Shown here: positions 31,571 through 45,517 of the stretch, one piece after another | Layout: every line of letters starts with the position of its first letter | Position numbering within the stretch: position 1 is the first letter of the stretch | DNA from: Azolla caroliniana | Lineage: Eukaryota; Plantae; Polypodiophyta | Direction of reading: 5' to 3' | NCBI GenBank assembly: GCA_043228905.1 | Contig: JBHGNT010000002.1 | Location: 14,074,001-14,138,000 of the forward strand | DNA length: 64,000 nucleotides | Position numbers and translations under genes: made by a program | Notes under the pieces: generated by a model | Seen by the model: only the letters and a program-made list of their open reading frames with translations | The model's database searches: none | What the model was told of the DNA's origin: nothing

Positions 31571-34500
31571 ATGTCTAGACCAAACGACGACCACATCACC
31601 GAACGAGGGAGACGATACACCGAACGTGAGCAACGACGGGAAGCCCTGCAGCAAGCCGTCGACGAGATCCGGCGGGATCGGTCATTCTCCAAAACTCTTC
31701 GGAGAGTCGCAGAAGAAGCACTGCAGTTCCGGGTTTTGCAAATCCCCGACGAAGGCAGTAGCATAACAAGCCTGCAAGAGGCGGAAACGATATTGCAGAC
31801 GCTCGCTGCGGGCGACGGGGACTCAGAAGCATTCGCAACACTTGAGGCGGAGTCGGAAAGCGACGGAAGCGTTGCATCCCGGTATAAAAGCAGCCACGAC
31901 ACACCAAACGACCGGGAGGAAGAGGGGTCGGACGACTCAGTAAAACCGGCGCCAGAGGAAGAAATAACCCTGGAATTCGGTGATCGGCAACCGCCGAGGA
32001 AGGCTGAGCGGATACCGACAACACCCGCGGAGGAACCAACGGACCGGACACCGGCAACACCCGCGGAGGAACCAAAGGTTCTCACACCAACGCCAACAGC
32101 GGACAGAGAGCGGAGGGAATAGGAGAGTCAGTTGGACGACACGATGCCGTACCGATACCCAAAGTACCGGGATGAGGCCGACGCGGAGGCACACGTGTAC
32201 GCATTCCTCCAAACATGGGAAGCCAACCATGTCTCCCAAAGACTGACGGAGCCCGAAGCCGAACGATCCAAAATCGCCGAATTCGGCATAACCTTAGAAG
32301 GGCCGACGGCCCAATGGCACGCAAAGCACTTACCAGGCACCTTTGCCACATTCGATGCCTTGAAGGCCAGATTCCTCAGGTTTTTTCACAGACAATTTGA
32401 GCAAAGGGAATTGGTCGGGCAGTTCTACACCACCCGGCAGGAAGAGAACGAGACTATGCCACAATTCATCATTCGGTTCCAGACCCTGCACAGCCAACTG
32501 ACAAGAGCACCACCCGAAGACGAAGCCAAAGCAGTCTTTCTGGCCGCACTGAAAGAGCCACTTCGAACAATGTGCGGAGTCCTTGATTTCCAAACCAGCA
32601 CAATGGACCAAGTTATTGATCGGGTTTTAGAAATGGACAAGACTAGCCCCTTCTTGTCGATGGGGATGTTACACCGGGCACTCCCAAAGGAGGAAGACCT
32701 GAGGTTCCGACAGGCCTTACAATGCACAACATGCCTAAATTCGGGACACTCAACAGTGGACTGCACCCTGCGGACACAATGTGTGATCTGCAACTCTCGA
32801 GCCCATACAACGGACTGATGCGAATATAACCTGTTAAATCGGCAGGCAGCACCGGTTCGACACATAGAACCGCGCAATCAGAACCCGGACGAGGATCGAT
32901 TCCGGAGAGATGACCGCTACCAACGCGAACGCGGTAATAGATACGCTGATAGAAGACACAGAGGAGAGGAGAGACGTAGAGATAGCTACCCCCGGGACCG
33001 GTACGACAGAGACGAATCCCCGGAAGACGACTGACGCAGAGAAGAGAGGCGACAAGGATACGCTGATACAAGACGCGACAACTATGACCGAGAGGAGAGA
33101 CGCAAAGATAGCTACCCCCGGGACCGGTACGACCGAAATGAAGCCCCGGAATACGACCGACGCAGAGAAGAGAGGCGACAAGGGAACTGAAATTTCCGAC
33201 GGAATCAGAAGCGTGGATTTTTCCGAAGAGAGGAACGTCGGGAGGCAGCAAGGAATGACAACCCGGTATCGGTACCGGATAACTGAAAAACCGAAGACGA
33301 CCGCCGGGGCATACCCACCCTCCAAACCGGGGACAAAGCAGAAACAAGCAACAGTCACAAGGTGTACTGTTATTACTGCCGCAAGGAAGGCCACTATAGT
33401 AACCAATGCCCAAGCAAAAGCTATGACAAGCAGCCGGAAGTCAACATGGTTACAGCCGAAATAACAGAAGTACAGCAGGTCACAACCCGGTCAAAGGGAA
33501 AGACCGCCGAGTGGGAAGCCCAGGAGGCAATCAGAAAACAAGCGACACAATGGTTCAAGGAGGTCAATGAACAGAATGCGGCAGAAGTAAGAGACCAAAA
33601 TATGCCAAAAAACGAAGAAATCATACAGGCAGGAGAAAACCCGACGTGGCAAGCGCTACAGGACTGTCAAATCGTGCTGCCGTTAGCACGACTACTACAG
33701 TTAGTGCCACGATTTACGGCAGACCTACAGGCATCCGTCAGCAAACCGAAGCCGACGCCAGCACCGGCATTCTTCTCCAACCCGGAGGAAGGACCAGCGG
33801 TGGTCGATACAAGTAGCCCGGCGATCACGGCAATCGTGAAAGGAAAGGAAATTGCTGGAACGATTATTGACGGAGGCTCCAGGGTAAATGTCATCAGCCA
33901 ACAGACATGCAACGACCTGGGCATCCGGGAATGGGAACCATGCCCCTTCTGGTTACGCATGGCGGATACTAGCTCAGTCCGACCGACCCGGCTTATCCGG
34001 GACTTGGAAATAACGATCGGAGGCCACGTATTCCGGATATCGGCCGTGGTGCTGCAGCTGAATGTACAAGGCGCGTACCCCCTACTGCTAGGACGACCAT
34101 GGCTGCGAACGACGCATATCAAGCAGAACTGGCAAAAGAACATGATCACATTCCGGCGAGGGAAAACAAAGGTACGAGTAACGACGCAACCACGGGTGAT
34201 CACCAGTAAGGAAGCAACTCCATTGTATGCAGAAAGCATTAACATGTTGGAGGGATTACCGGACGAGGAAGTCGAGCGGTACCTCGAGGAACACCCCCAA
34301 ATCGTCCCACTATTTGAGGTGGATATCACGGCGGCAGTAGAACCGTACATTACGACGCCGGAAGAACCGAACCAAGCGGCGATCCGGGAACTGCGACAAG
34401 CTCAGGAATCCCTAGAGAGGGAAATGACGATATCCCAGAGGGTTAAAGCATCCCAACTCGAGGAGGTGGACCTCGGCACAGCAGACAAGCCCCGACCGGT

Positions 34501-37459
34501 AAATGTTGCAAAGGAATTGCCGAAGGAAGAAAAGAAGGCAATGGTAGCATTGTTAACAGACTTCAAGGATGTGTTCGCGTGGTCGTACGAAGACATGCGA
34601 GGGCTGGACCCCCAGCTCTATCAGCACCAAATTCACCTAAGTACGGACGCGAAACCGATTGCTCAACGCAGGTACCGGATGAATCCGAATTATGCGGCAA
34701 AGGTGAAGGAGGAAATTGATAAGCTCCTCCGGGTCGGATTTATCCGACCGGTCAAGCAGGCAACCTGGCTAAGTCCGATAGTGGTGGTCCCGAAAAAGAA
34801 TGGCAAAATCCGGGTATGCGTGGACTACCGAAAACTAAATGCCGCAACAGTGACCGATGCGTTTCCACTACCATTTACGGACGGGGTGTTAGATGCGGTA
34901 GCCGGGCACGAAGTTTACAGCTTCCTGGATGGATTTAGCGGCTACAACCAAATACGAATGAACCCGGCCGACCAAGAGAAGACAACGTTCGTGACGGAAT
35001 GGGGAGTGTTCGTCGCGGTCGTGATGATGTTCGGACTAAAGACGGCTCCTGCGACCTTTCAAAGGATAATAATGGAAATTTTCGGGGAATATATCCCCGG
35101 TTTTATGCAGGTCTTCCTTGACGATTTCGCGGTTTACAGCCGGCACGGAGAGCATCTCGATCACCTCCGGCTGTGCTTGGAGAAGTGCCGCGAGTACCGA
35201 TTGAGCTTGAATCCGGCCAAATGCGTCTTTGGAGTGGCAAGCGGCAACTTGCTAGGGCACGTGGTGAGTAAGGAAGGAATCGCGGTAGATCCGGATAAAG
35301 TCAAGGCGATTCTCGAGGCACCAGCACCAAGTAACGCAAAGGCTTTAAGCCGGTTCTTGGGCCAAATAAGGTGGCATAGCCGGATGATACGACACCTCGC
35401 GGACTTCGCTACACCGTTACATACCGCCGTACATAGGGTACCCTTCCTATGGGCAGAGACGGAGGAGGAATCCTACAAAGCGTTGAAGGTTATGCTGTCG
35501 CAAGCTCCGGTGGTGCAACCGCCGGATTGGAGTAAAAGCTTTCACGTCTTCGTCGACGCGTCGGACGTAGCAATCGGCAGCGTTCTGATGCAACTCACAA
35601 AGCCGAAATGGTACCGACCGGTGTACTACGTAAGCCGGAAACTCTCAAAAGCCGAACGGAATTACTCTACGATGGAACGTGAGGCATTGGGAATGGTGTA
35701 TAGTGTCACAAAGTACAGGCACTATCTGCTCGGAAGGAAGTTTTCCTTCCATGTTGACCATTCGGCACTACTCTACCTGGTCTCGAAGGCATCCCTGACG
35801 GGAAAAATTGCACGGTGGACACTGCTACTACAGGAATTTGAATTCGACATTTTCCACCGACCCGGGGCGCAGCATGCGGTAGCGGACTATCTAAGCAGAC
35901 TCGAATCCGGAGAAGCAGGGGACGGCGTCCAGGATGAGTTTCCCGACGCCGAATTGTTCCGGATCACGACGAAACCGGCAACGGATACAACGGTAGCCGA
36001 CAAAGACACATGGCTAACTGAGATGCACCAGTTCCTGAGCACCGGAGTTCCCCCGGAGAACATGGACCGCGATGAAAGGAAAAGGGTAGCAGTAAGAAGT
36101 AGACATTTCTGCTTGGTTGGAGACACCCTCTATCACAAGGGGGCAGATGGCATCTGGAGACGAGCAGTGCGGAGCGATGAGAAGGATCTAATCCTCAGGG
36201 AAGCCCACTGTGGAATTGCCGGCGGGCATTATGCCGGCGACGCAACCGCTCGGAAAATATGGCAGAGCGGACTGTGGTGGCCGACCACCCTAAAAGATGC
36301 CGTGAAGTATAGCAGAGAATGCGATTTGTGTCAACGACTGGGCCAACCCACAGAGCAGGTCCGGATGCCACACCACCCGGTCTTGCCCTTAGAACCGTTT
36401 CAAAAGTGGGGGTTGGACTTTGTCGGTCCCTTCAAACCACCGGCAATGCGAACCGGAAATCGGTATGTCATAGTGGCGACCGACTATTGCACCAAATGGG
36501 TAGAAGCAAAGGCCTTACGGGACAACACGGCCGCGTCCACGGCAAAGTTTCTGTACGAATGCATATGGTGCCGGTATGGATGCCCGATCGAGCTTATAAG
36601 TGACCAAGGAGGACATTTTCTCGGGCAGGTAGTAGAAAGCCTGACGTCATTTTACGCGGTGGTACATAAAAAGAGTACACCCTACTACCCTCAAGCCAAT
36701 GGACTAGCGGAATCAACGAACAAAACTCTATAGAACATCCTACGAAAAATCGTCAACGAGAACCGGACTGACTGGGATACGAAATTGCAAAGCGCGCTAT
36801 GGGCGTACCGAACAACGTACAAAACCAGCATCCGGACAACCCCGTTCCGACTAGCATTCGGGTTAGAAGCAGTCATGCCGGTAGAGTTCCAGATCCCCAG
36901 CTTACGGATTCAGGTGAAGGAGCGCTTAAGTGAGAACGAGTCCGAACGAATCCGGCTGGCAACGCTGTTGGAATTAGAGGAAAACCGAATAGCCAGCTTA
37001 CTACAACTCGAACTGGAGCAAAGGAGGAGAAAAGCCTTCGTGGACAGACACCGGCGTGGCAATGAAAAGGAGTTCGAAGTCGGGAAACCGGTGCTACTAT
37101 TCTAGACAAGGATGGGGAACATGCCGGGAAAGTTGCGGTTTCGATGGACCGGACCGTTCTGGATCACCAAGGAGTACAATGGGTCGTATCAGCTCGACAC
37201 ATTGTCTGGAGATGTCATCGGCAAGTGGGCAAATGGATTTCGGCTAAAGCCGTATAAAGGAAATATGCCAACCAACCCGTTCAAGCGGAACCCGAAAATC
37301 CGGCAAAATGAGGAACCGACACCGACAGACGCTGCTGAAGATATTCGGACCGAGGAAGAACCGACATCGATACTGACGAAGACTATCCCGGAAAACCGAC
37401 AGAAGGATCCGGTATCCACACGAACCGACCCGAACAAATCGGGGGGGACCAGCAAATGA
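31571..37459 (+). pseudogene. gag-pol: Gypsy F single-frame gag-pol with seven nonsense codons
   Basis: All ORF pieces in one frame; CCHC knuckles, IIDGGS protease, FLDDF RT, VDASD RH, GLDFVGP..ISDQG..ANGLAE integrase, GPF motif. Confidence 0.93.
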
Positions 37460-37734
37460 CGTGGTCCAAGCAAAAGGAAAAAATAAAAATAAAAAATAGA
37501 TAAATAAAAAATAAAAATAAAAAAAAATAAAAAATAAAAAAAAAATAAAAAATAAAAAATGACGTGGGCAAAATCGACGCGAATCATCGTAATGATGGGG
37601 AGATCACAAGAGGTGGGAGCGCCACCATGCAACGAAGAGGCGCCATGCATTAAAGAAGGACGTGCACGGACTTGCTATTTAAAGCATGGAACGTGGGCAC
37701 TCACACGCGGCAAACAAGAAAGGACATACTAATT

Positions 37735-39363
37735 ATGGCGGGAGAGGAACATGCGCGGGAAACGAAAAAGGGCGGCTCGAGGCACAACCCACTATATAAG
37801 ACACAGGCCTGCGAAGGGCTCACTTTTTACGAATTTTCCTACATACAGGCGCAGAAGCACAGAAGAGCGACCCGACGCACAGAGCACACACAGCGCGATC
37901 CCGAACAACAGGCAGCAGACGAAGAATTCGGAACAATGGTACTGTCGGAAGAGGCACGCCAATGGATGAGGGAGAACGGGTTAAAAGGATTACTGCGGAT
38001 CGCCGACGCTCCACCACATGCAGAACCAGAGCAGGCGGCAGCATCGATCGATATATCAGAAGTCACGGAAGGAGCGGTGCAGGCGCTCACGGGGATCAAA
38101 GCAGGAGGACTTCAGACAATCGAAAACCCTTCCAGTGAAATCCTGTTCGAATATTTCGGGGAATACTCTATCAGCAGCAAGGCGTACCGAACGCAGGGCG
38201 GAGAGAACCTGCTGTTCGGAGAAGTGGCCCGCGCTATGATGGAATACGGATTCGTGAATCCCCGTCCCCCAGCCATAGCCAAGTACCGGGCAGCGTTCTT
38301 AATAGCAGCGTACGAGGGCTTACAAATAGACTGGCTCCATTTCATAACCGAAGGATTGAAGGAGGCCATCAGAAATCTTGTGGAAGGAAAAAAGCCATGG
38401 GCCGGGATAGCACAATGGCTAACGGTGTTAGTCCCACCGGTGCTCCCCATCACACAAAAGAAAAGAGGTCGGCAGGAGACGACGCCGAAAAAGGTCACAA
38501 TGCGCCGACAGATCTTGGAGAAACACACCCTCGGATGGACCCAGCAAGAAGCAGAACAACAGGGGGGAGGACCATCCCGACAGCAACAGGAACCGGCAAC
38601 AAAGGCAAAACCGGCAGGTAAAGGCAAAGGGAAAGCGGCCGAGGAGGAACCGGTAGCGCGCAAACCAATCCATATAACGCTGCGACGGCCAGAACCGGAA
38701 CCAGAGGTCTCTAGACAAAAGGTCCGTCTGGTAACCGCACCGGAGGAGGAAACTGAAACAGAAGACTCATCCGAACCATTGGTAAGACTCCCAGCAAGAC
38801 AAGGTCGGGAGAAACGGGCGAAAGGACCGGCTCCACCAGTGGACAGAACTCAGCAGAGGGCGCAAGGACCATCTCCAGTAGCCGAGGCGGAAACAACACC
38901 TGAACCCGTACCCAGGGAAGCAGCACCGACACCGGTCATCCCAGAGAAGAAGAAGGAACAAGCGCCGGAGCCGGAGCCAGAGAAGAGGCCGGAAAATCAG
39001 CCTGACTTAAGTGAGCAAGGCCACCCCGACACCGGAAGAACAAAGCCAAAATGGCTAAGATGGCTTTCGGAGCAGTTATCGGGAGTAGCGGACCAGTTAG
39101 AGAAAGAAGAAACGTGTAGGCAACAGCTGACGCATACAACAACTCAGGAGTTGGCCGCGCTCCGAACACAGATCGAGGAAATGCAAGGGGAGCTGTTGCA
39201 GGCAAGGGAAGGAATTCAACAAGCACAAGCTGTCACCGAGCCGGTCGGGACAACAAGGAAGCAACCAGAACCGGAACCGGAACCGGAACCGGTAGCCTTG
39301 CAAACCGGCCCTGAGACCGAAAAAATAATAGAAACCTTACGAGAGGAGTTACAAGCTCAGGAG
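37735..39363 (+). CDS. Extra ORF of F, N-terminal part, unknown function
   Basis: Open frame after an A-rich spacer; rejoins 45518 in frame once Copia G and one TSD copy are removed. Confidence 0.8.
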
Positions 39364-40144
39364 TGTTGAGAATCAACGCTTGGATTCACTTTGACCACTC
39401 GGCCACAACCGATTAATCGCGGATCAATGCAGCAGAAAATAGGAAATACAGAGAAAGACGCGATACACAGGGATTAACGTGGAAAACCCTATACGGGAAA
39501 AACCACGGGAGTGCGAGACTCCAAACCAAACTATGCACAGAGAAATATACAATGGCGAGCTGCAAGGCAACGACCTTGAGCTCGCTGTCCTCGCCACAGG
39601 CGGCGGAAATACACAGAGGCGTCTACCTCTTCGTCTCTCTCGCGCTCTATCTCTTTCTCTCTCGCGGCTGCTCTCGCTTCGCATGAAAAATGAGCAACAA
39701 CAAAACTGTTTGCCCTAAGTCATATTTATACACATATGACTTTCGGGCTATTTACAAATATAGCCTCAAGGGCTCTTGGCAAACATATTTATAAATATGT
39801 CCCCGCATCCGGATCTCTCTCCGGGTACATTCATCATCCGGCTCCGTAGCCGGGTCTTCGTCATCCGGCTCCGTAGCCGGGGTCTTCATCATCCGGATCC
39901 GTATCCGGGTACTTCATCATCCGGATCCGTATCCGGGTACTCTTCATCCGGCTTCATACCGGGTATTCTTCATCATCCGGATCCGTATCCGGGTGCTCTT
40001 CATCCGGCTCCGTAACCGGGGTCTTCATCATCCGGATGCGTATCCGGGTACTCTTCATCCGGCTCCGTAACCGCAACCGGGCTTGCCGTCATTCATCTCC
40101 GGACATCCCATCCGAAGGGACCGTAATCCCAACAAACTCCCCCT

Positions 40145-43100
40145 TCACTTCGGCATGGGATGTCTTTCCAGTCCGACCCTCTTCCGGCACGCTTCCAGCT
40201 TGTCGGGTGTAAGTACCTTGGTCAGCATATCCGACCCGTTCTCGTCCGTGTGGATCTTCGTCAGCACGAACTCCTGATCTTCTATCCTTTCCCGGATCCA
40301 GTGATATCTTCGCTGGATGTGCTTCGTCCGGGAGTGATAGGCCGCGTTCTTCGCAAGGTGGATGGCACTCTGACTGTCGCAGTAGAGTCGATACTCCTCC
40401 TGCCGGATACCGAGCTCTCTAATGAAGTCCTTCATCCATATTATTTCCTTGCCGGCTTCAACAGCCGCCATGTACTCCGCCTCCGTGGTTGACAACGCAA
40501 CCGTCTTCTGCAGCCTCGACTGCCACGAAACAGTTCCCCCTGCATACGTCATCACATACCCTGATGTGGACCGGCTGGTATCCGCATCAGCCGACATGTC
40601 CGAATCGGTAAATCCATCGAGTTCGGGCCTACCGGAGCCGAATCGGAGGCACACGTTTGCCGTGCCTTTCAGGTATCGGAGTATCCACTTGGCCGCGTTC
40701 CAATGCTCTTTGCCGGGATTGCTCATGTACCGGCTCACCACTCCGACTGCATATCCTATGTCCGGTCGGGTACACACCATCGCGTACATCAAGCTCCCGA
40801 TGGCTGAGGCATACGGCACTTTCATCATATCCTCCTTTTCAGCCTTTGTCTTGGGACTTTGCTTGCTGGACAGCTTGCAGTTTGCCGGGAGGGTCGATCC
40901 GACCGGTCTTGCTTCCGACATGTTGAACCGGTGAAGCACCTTCGTCACGTACTTCTCCTGTGATAGCCACAACTGCTTCTTCTTCCGGTCCCGGATGATG
41001 TGCATCCCTAGTATTTGCCTCGCCGGACCCAGGTCCTTCATTGAGAAGGTTCGGTGAAGAGCCTTCTTCAGCATCCGTATCTTGACCTGGTCCCGTCCGA
41101 CGATCAACATGTCGTCCACGTATAGGAGGAGTATTAGAGAGTCTCCTCCGTCGAACTTCTTCACAAACACGCAGTGATCGGACTGCGTCTTGTGGTACCC
41201 TTCGTCGGTCATGAAGGAGTCGAACTTCCGGTACCACTGCCGGGGAGCCTGCTTCAGTCCGTAAAGGCTCTTCTTCAACCGGCATACCAGGTGCTCCTTC
41301 CCTTTCTTCTCGAATCCTTCCGGTTGCTGCATGTAGATCTCTTCTTCGAGGTCACCGTGAAGGAATGCCGTCTTCACGTCCATCTGTTCTACCTCGAGGT
41401 CCATGCTTGCCGCTATGCTCAGCACCGTCCGGATGGAGGTCATCTTCACTACCGGGGCAAATATCTCGTCGAAGTCGACGCCCTTCTTCTGCTGAAACCC
41501 CTTCACCACGATCCTGGCTTTGTATCTCGGGGGGTTTCCGGCATCTCCCGGTTTCAGCTTGAACACCCACTTGTTTCGAAGTGCCCGCTTTCCTTTCGGC
41601 AACTTCACAAGTTCATATGTGTGGTTCTCATGCAGGGAATCCATCTCCTCCTGCATGGCACTTAACCACCTGCGGCTATGGGTGTCATGCTTTGCTTCTT
41701 CAAAGCTCTCCGGCTCCCCCTCGTCGGTTAGCAGCACGTGCTCTGGTTCCGGAAATCTCCGGGGGGCCCTTCTCTCTCTTAGAGGATATCTCCGTTCCGG
41801 AGCTTCGGTAACCGGTTATTCCGATTCTTCTTCATCCGAATCCATTTCGGGATCGGGGCCGGTTCCGGTATCATTTTCATCTTCTTCGGCCGGTTCTATT
41901 TCTTCACCGTCTTCGGCCGGATCCTCGAGTGCTAACCGGTCCCTTGCCGGTCGGGACTGCTCCTCGTAGAGTTGATCCTCACCGGTCGACTTGGAGCTCT
42001 TCATCTTCTTCTCCGACTCCCAGTCGGCGAGTGTCTTGTCCTCCATGAAGATGATATCTCTACTCCTGAATATCTTCTTGTCGACCGGGTCCCATACTCG
42101 GTAGCCGAACTCGTCGTCGCCGTAACCGAGGAATATGCATGGCCGGGTCTTTGGATCTAACTTTCCTCTCCGGTCCTTTGCCACATGCACGTATGCGAGA
42201 CACCCGAACACCTTCAGATGCCGGTAGGATACTTCCCTACCGGTCCACACTCTCTGCGGCGTGTCTCCGTCCAAAGGTACTGAGGGTGATCTATTTATCA
42301 CATACGTCGCCGTCGACATTGCCTCAGCCCAAAACCCCTTGGGTAATTTCGCATGCGCCAGCATACTCCGGACCCTCTCCATTATGGTCCGGTTCATCCT
42401 CTCGGCCAGCCCGTTCAGTTCCGGCGTCTTCGGCACAGTAAACTCGAGCCGGATCCCCTTCGAGCGACAGTACTCCTGGAACTGCCCCCTGTATTCCCCT
42501 CCGTTATCCGCTCGTATCGCTTTCAGCTTCTTGCCGGATTCTCTTTCCACTCTCGCGTGGAGTTCTTTGAAGACGGACAACACTTGGTCCTTTGTCTTCA
42601 TCGGTGCCGTCCACAGTCTTCGGCTATGATCATCTATGAATGTTACGAAGTACTGGGCTCCGCCATGTGACTTCGTTTCTACCTGACACACATCGGTGTG
42701 CACCAACTCCAATGGTGCGCTACGTCTCGTCGGTGGCCTTGAGTGGAAGGAGGTTCGGTTCTGCTTACCGGCCAGGCAATCGGTGCACTTTTCCAGGTGC
42801 ACATGCTCCACTGGGATAAGGTTGTCTTCTGCAAGCCTCTTCATCCCCTTCTCACTCATGTGGCACAGTCTTTTGTGCCACAGCTCACCGGCAGTGTCGG
42901 CTGCCACATTCAGCTCTTCCGGACATAGCCGGGAGTTCATCAGGTACAATGTGTTGACCTTCTGGGCCCGAGCCACTATCAGGCTCCCCTTGCTGAACTT
43001 CATGACACCGTTCCGGATGCTACCCGTGTAGCCTTCATCATCTAGCCTCCCGGCCGAGATCAGGTTCAATCGGACCTCCGGAACGTGTCGCACATCCTTC

Positions 43101-44218
43101 AGCAGCATCTTGCATCCGGTCGGGGTTGTCAACCACACGTCTCCGATGCCGGCAATCCGGCACGTACCTTCATTTCCCATCCGAACACAGCCATGCTCGC
43201 CGGCTGTGTAGGATGAGAAGTATCTTCTCTCCGGGGTCAGGTGGAACGATGCTCCGGAATCGACCACCCAGGTCGTCTCATCGCCGGCAACGTTTAGCTC
43301 ACCTTCTTCGGTGATGAGCATGATTTCCTCTTCACTTGCCGCGAGTGCCGTTGTTCCTTTCCGGTCCTGCCCTCGCCGATCCGGACCTCTCCGGTCCGTG
43401 GCTCCCCGGTATGCACCGTTTCTCTCCGGTGACTTCTTCGAATCGGTGTCGTCGGCTCCGTTGTCCTTTCGGTAATGCCGACAATTCTTCCGGAAGTGCC
43501 CCGGCTTCCCACAGTGGAAGCATGTGGGTCTTCCTCTTGACTGCGACCGGGTCCCCGACTTCTCCCGTCTTTGCGGACTCCGGTTCCATTGTCTTCCCCG
43601 ATCCGATTCGGTAAGAAGCGCCTTCGAGTCGGAGGCCGGTTCTTTATCTCTCCGACGCGCTTCTTCATTCAGAATACTTGTCTTTACCGTTTGTAAGGAC
43701 AAGTTATCTTCGGTGCACGAGGTGCTGAGAGTCACCACCAAGTTCTCCCAGCTTTCCGGCAATGTACACATCAGGATGATGGCTTGCATTGCATCCTCCA
43801 ACGGGAACTTGATCGCCGCAAGCTGATTCACGAATCCCATGAACGTGCTTACGTGTTCCACCATACTCTCGCCGTCCCGGTACTTGAGATTCACTATCTT
43901 CCTCATCAGGGAGGTCCGGTTCAACGCATTCTTCCTCTCGTAGAGGCCCGACAGCTTCTTCCACATCTCATATGCGTTGGTGTCGTTTGCCACATGTTGT
44001 AGGACGCTCACGTCGACGTATTGTCGGATCGTCGCTACGGCTTTCCGGTTCAGGAGCTTCCACTCCGACTCAAGTACCCCTTTCGGTATTTCCGACCTGT
44101 CAATCGGTTCGTACAGGTCCCGAACAATCAGAAGGTCCTCCATCTTGATCTTCCAGTCGGCGTAATTCTGTGCATTCAGCACCATCATCATCGGCTGCCC
44201 GCTGCCGCCGCCTTCCAT
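40145..44218 (-). pseudogene. gag-pol: Copia G gag-pol, complete except one in-frame TAA at 41816-41818
   Basis: 814-aa and 530-aa ORFs in the same frame with all Copia motifs. Confidence 0.93.
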
Positions 44219-44393
44219 TTTCTGCAACAATCGCTCTGATACCAGTTTGTTGAGAATCAACGCTTGGATTCACTTTCACCACTCGGCCACAACCGATTAA
44301 TCGCGGATCAATGCAGCAGAAAATAGGAAATACAGAGAAAGACGCGATACACAGGGATTAACGTGGAAAACCCTATACGGGAAAAACCACGGG

Positions 44394-44741
44394 AGTGAGC
44401 AAGGCCACCCCGACACCGGAAGAACAAAGCCAAAATGGCTAAGATGGCTTTCGGAGCAGTTATCGGGAGTAGCGGACCAGTTAGAGAAAGAAGAAACGTG
44501 TAGGCAACAGCTGACGCATACAACAACTCAGGAGTTGGCCGCGCTCCGAACACAGATCGAGGAAATGCAAGGGGAGCTGTTGCAGGCAAGGGAAGGAATT
44601 CAACAAGCACAAGCTGTCACCGAGCCGGTCGGGACAACAAGGAAGCAACCAGAACCGGAACCGGAACCGGTAGCCTTGCAAACCGGCCCTGAGACCGAAA
44701 AAATAATAGAAACCTTACGAGAGGAGTTACAAGCTCAGGAG
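44394..44741 (+). repeat. Duplicate of flank 39010-39363
   Basis: Near-identical copy, one CCGGAA unit shorter; AGTG microhomology at the junction. Confidence 0.92.
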
Positions 44742-45517
44742 TGTTGAGAATCAACGCTTGGATTCACTTTCACCACTCGGCCACAACCGATTAATCGCGG
44801 ATCAATGCAGCAGAAAATAGGAAATACAGAGAAAGACGCGATACACAGGGATTAACGTGGAAAACCCTATACGGGAAAAACCACGGGAGTGCGAGACTCC
44901 AAACCAAACTATGCACAGAGAAATATACAATGGCGAGCTGCAAGGCAACGACCTTGAGCTCGCTGTCCTCGCCACAGGCGGCGGAAATACACAGAGGCGT
45001 CTACCTCTTCGTCTCTCTCGCGCTCTATCTCTTTCTCTCTCGCGGCTGCTCTCGCTTCGCATGAAAAATGAGCAACAACAAAACTGTTTGCCCTAAGTCA
45101 TATTTATACACATATGACTTTCGGGCTATTTACAAATATAGCCTCAAGGGCTCTTGGCAAACATATTTATAAATATGTCCCCGCATCCGGATCTCTCTCC
45201 GGGTACATTCATCATCCGGCTCCGTAGCCGGGTCTTCGTCATCCGGCTCCGTAGCCGGGGTCTTCATCATCCGGATCCGTATCCGGGTACTTCATCATCC
45301 GGATCCGTATCCGGGTACTCTTCATCCGGCTTCATACCGGGTATTCTTCATCATCCGGATCCGTATCCGGGTACTCTTCATCCGGCTCCGTAACCGGGGT
45401 CTTCATCATCCGGATGCGTATCCGGGTACTCTTCATCCGGCTCCGTAACCGCAACCGGGCTTGCCGTCATTCATCTCCGGACATCCCATCCGGAGGGACC
45501 GTAATCCCAACAAGGAG

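Larger units (their letters stand above)
39364..45512 (-). mobile_element. Young Copia G with rearranged 5' end
   Basis: 771-bp LTRs 39364-40134 and 44742-45512, partial LTR 44248-44397, TSD AGGAG, PBS TGGTATCAGAGC at 44233-44244. Confidence 0.95.

Noticed and set aside
31519-33464. Long antisense and alternative-frame ORFs here and throughout the track
   Set aside because: Shadow frames of GC-rich or repetitive retroelement coding sequence with no independent motifs
37735-39363. Retroviral-type env
   Set aside because: No signal peptide or convincing transmembrane anchor visible, so it is left as an unknown extra ORF
41816-41818. Programmed stop read-through in Copia G
   Set aside because: Related E is open through this region, so it is most simply a point mutation
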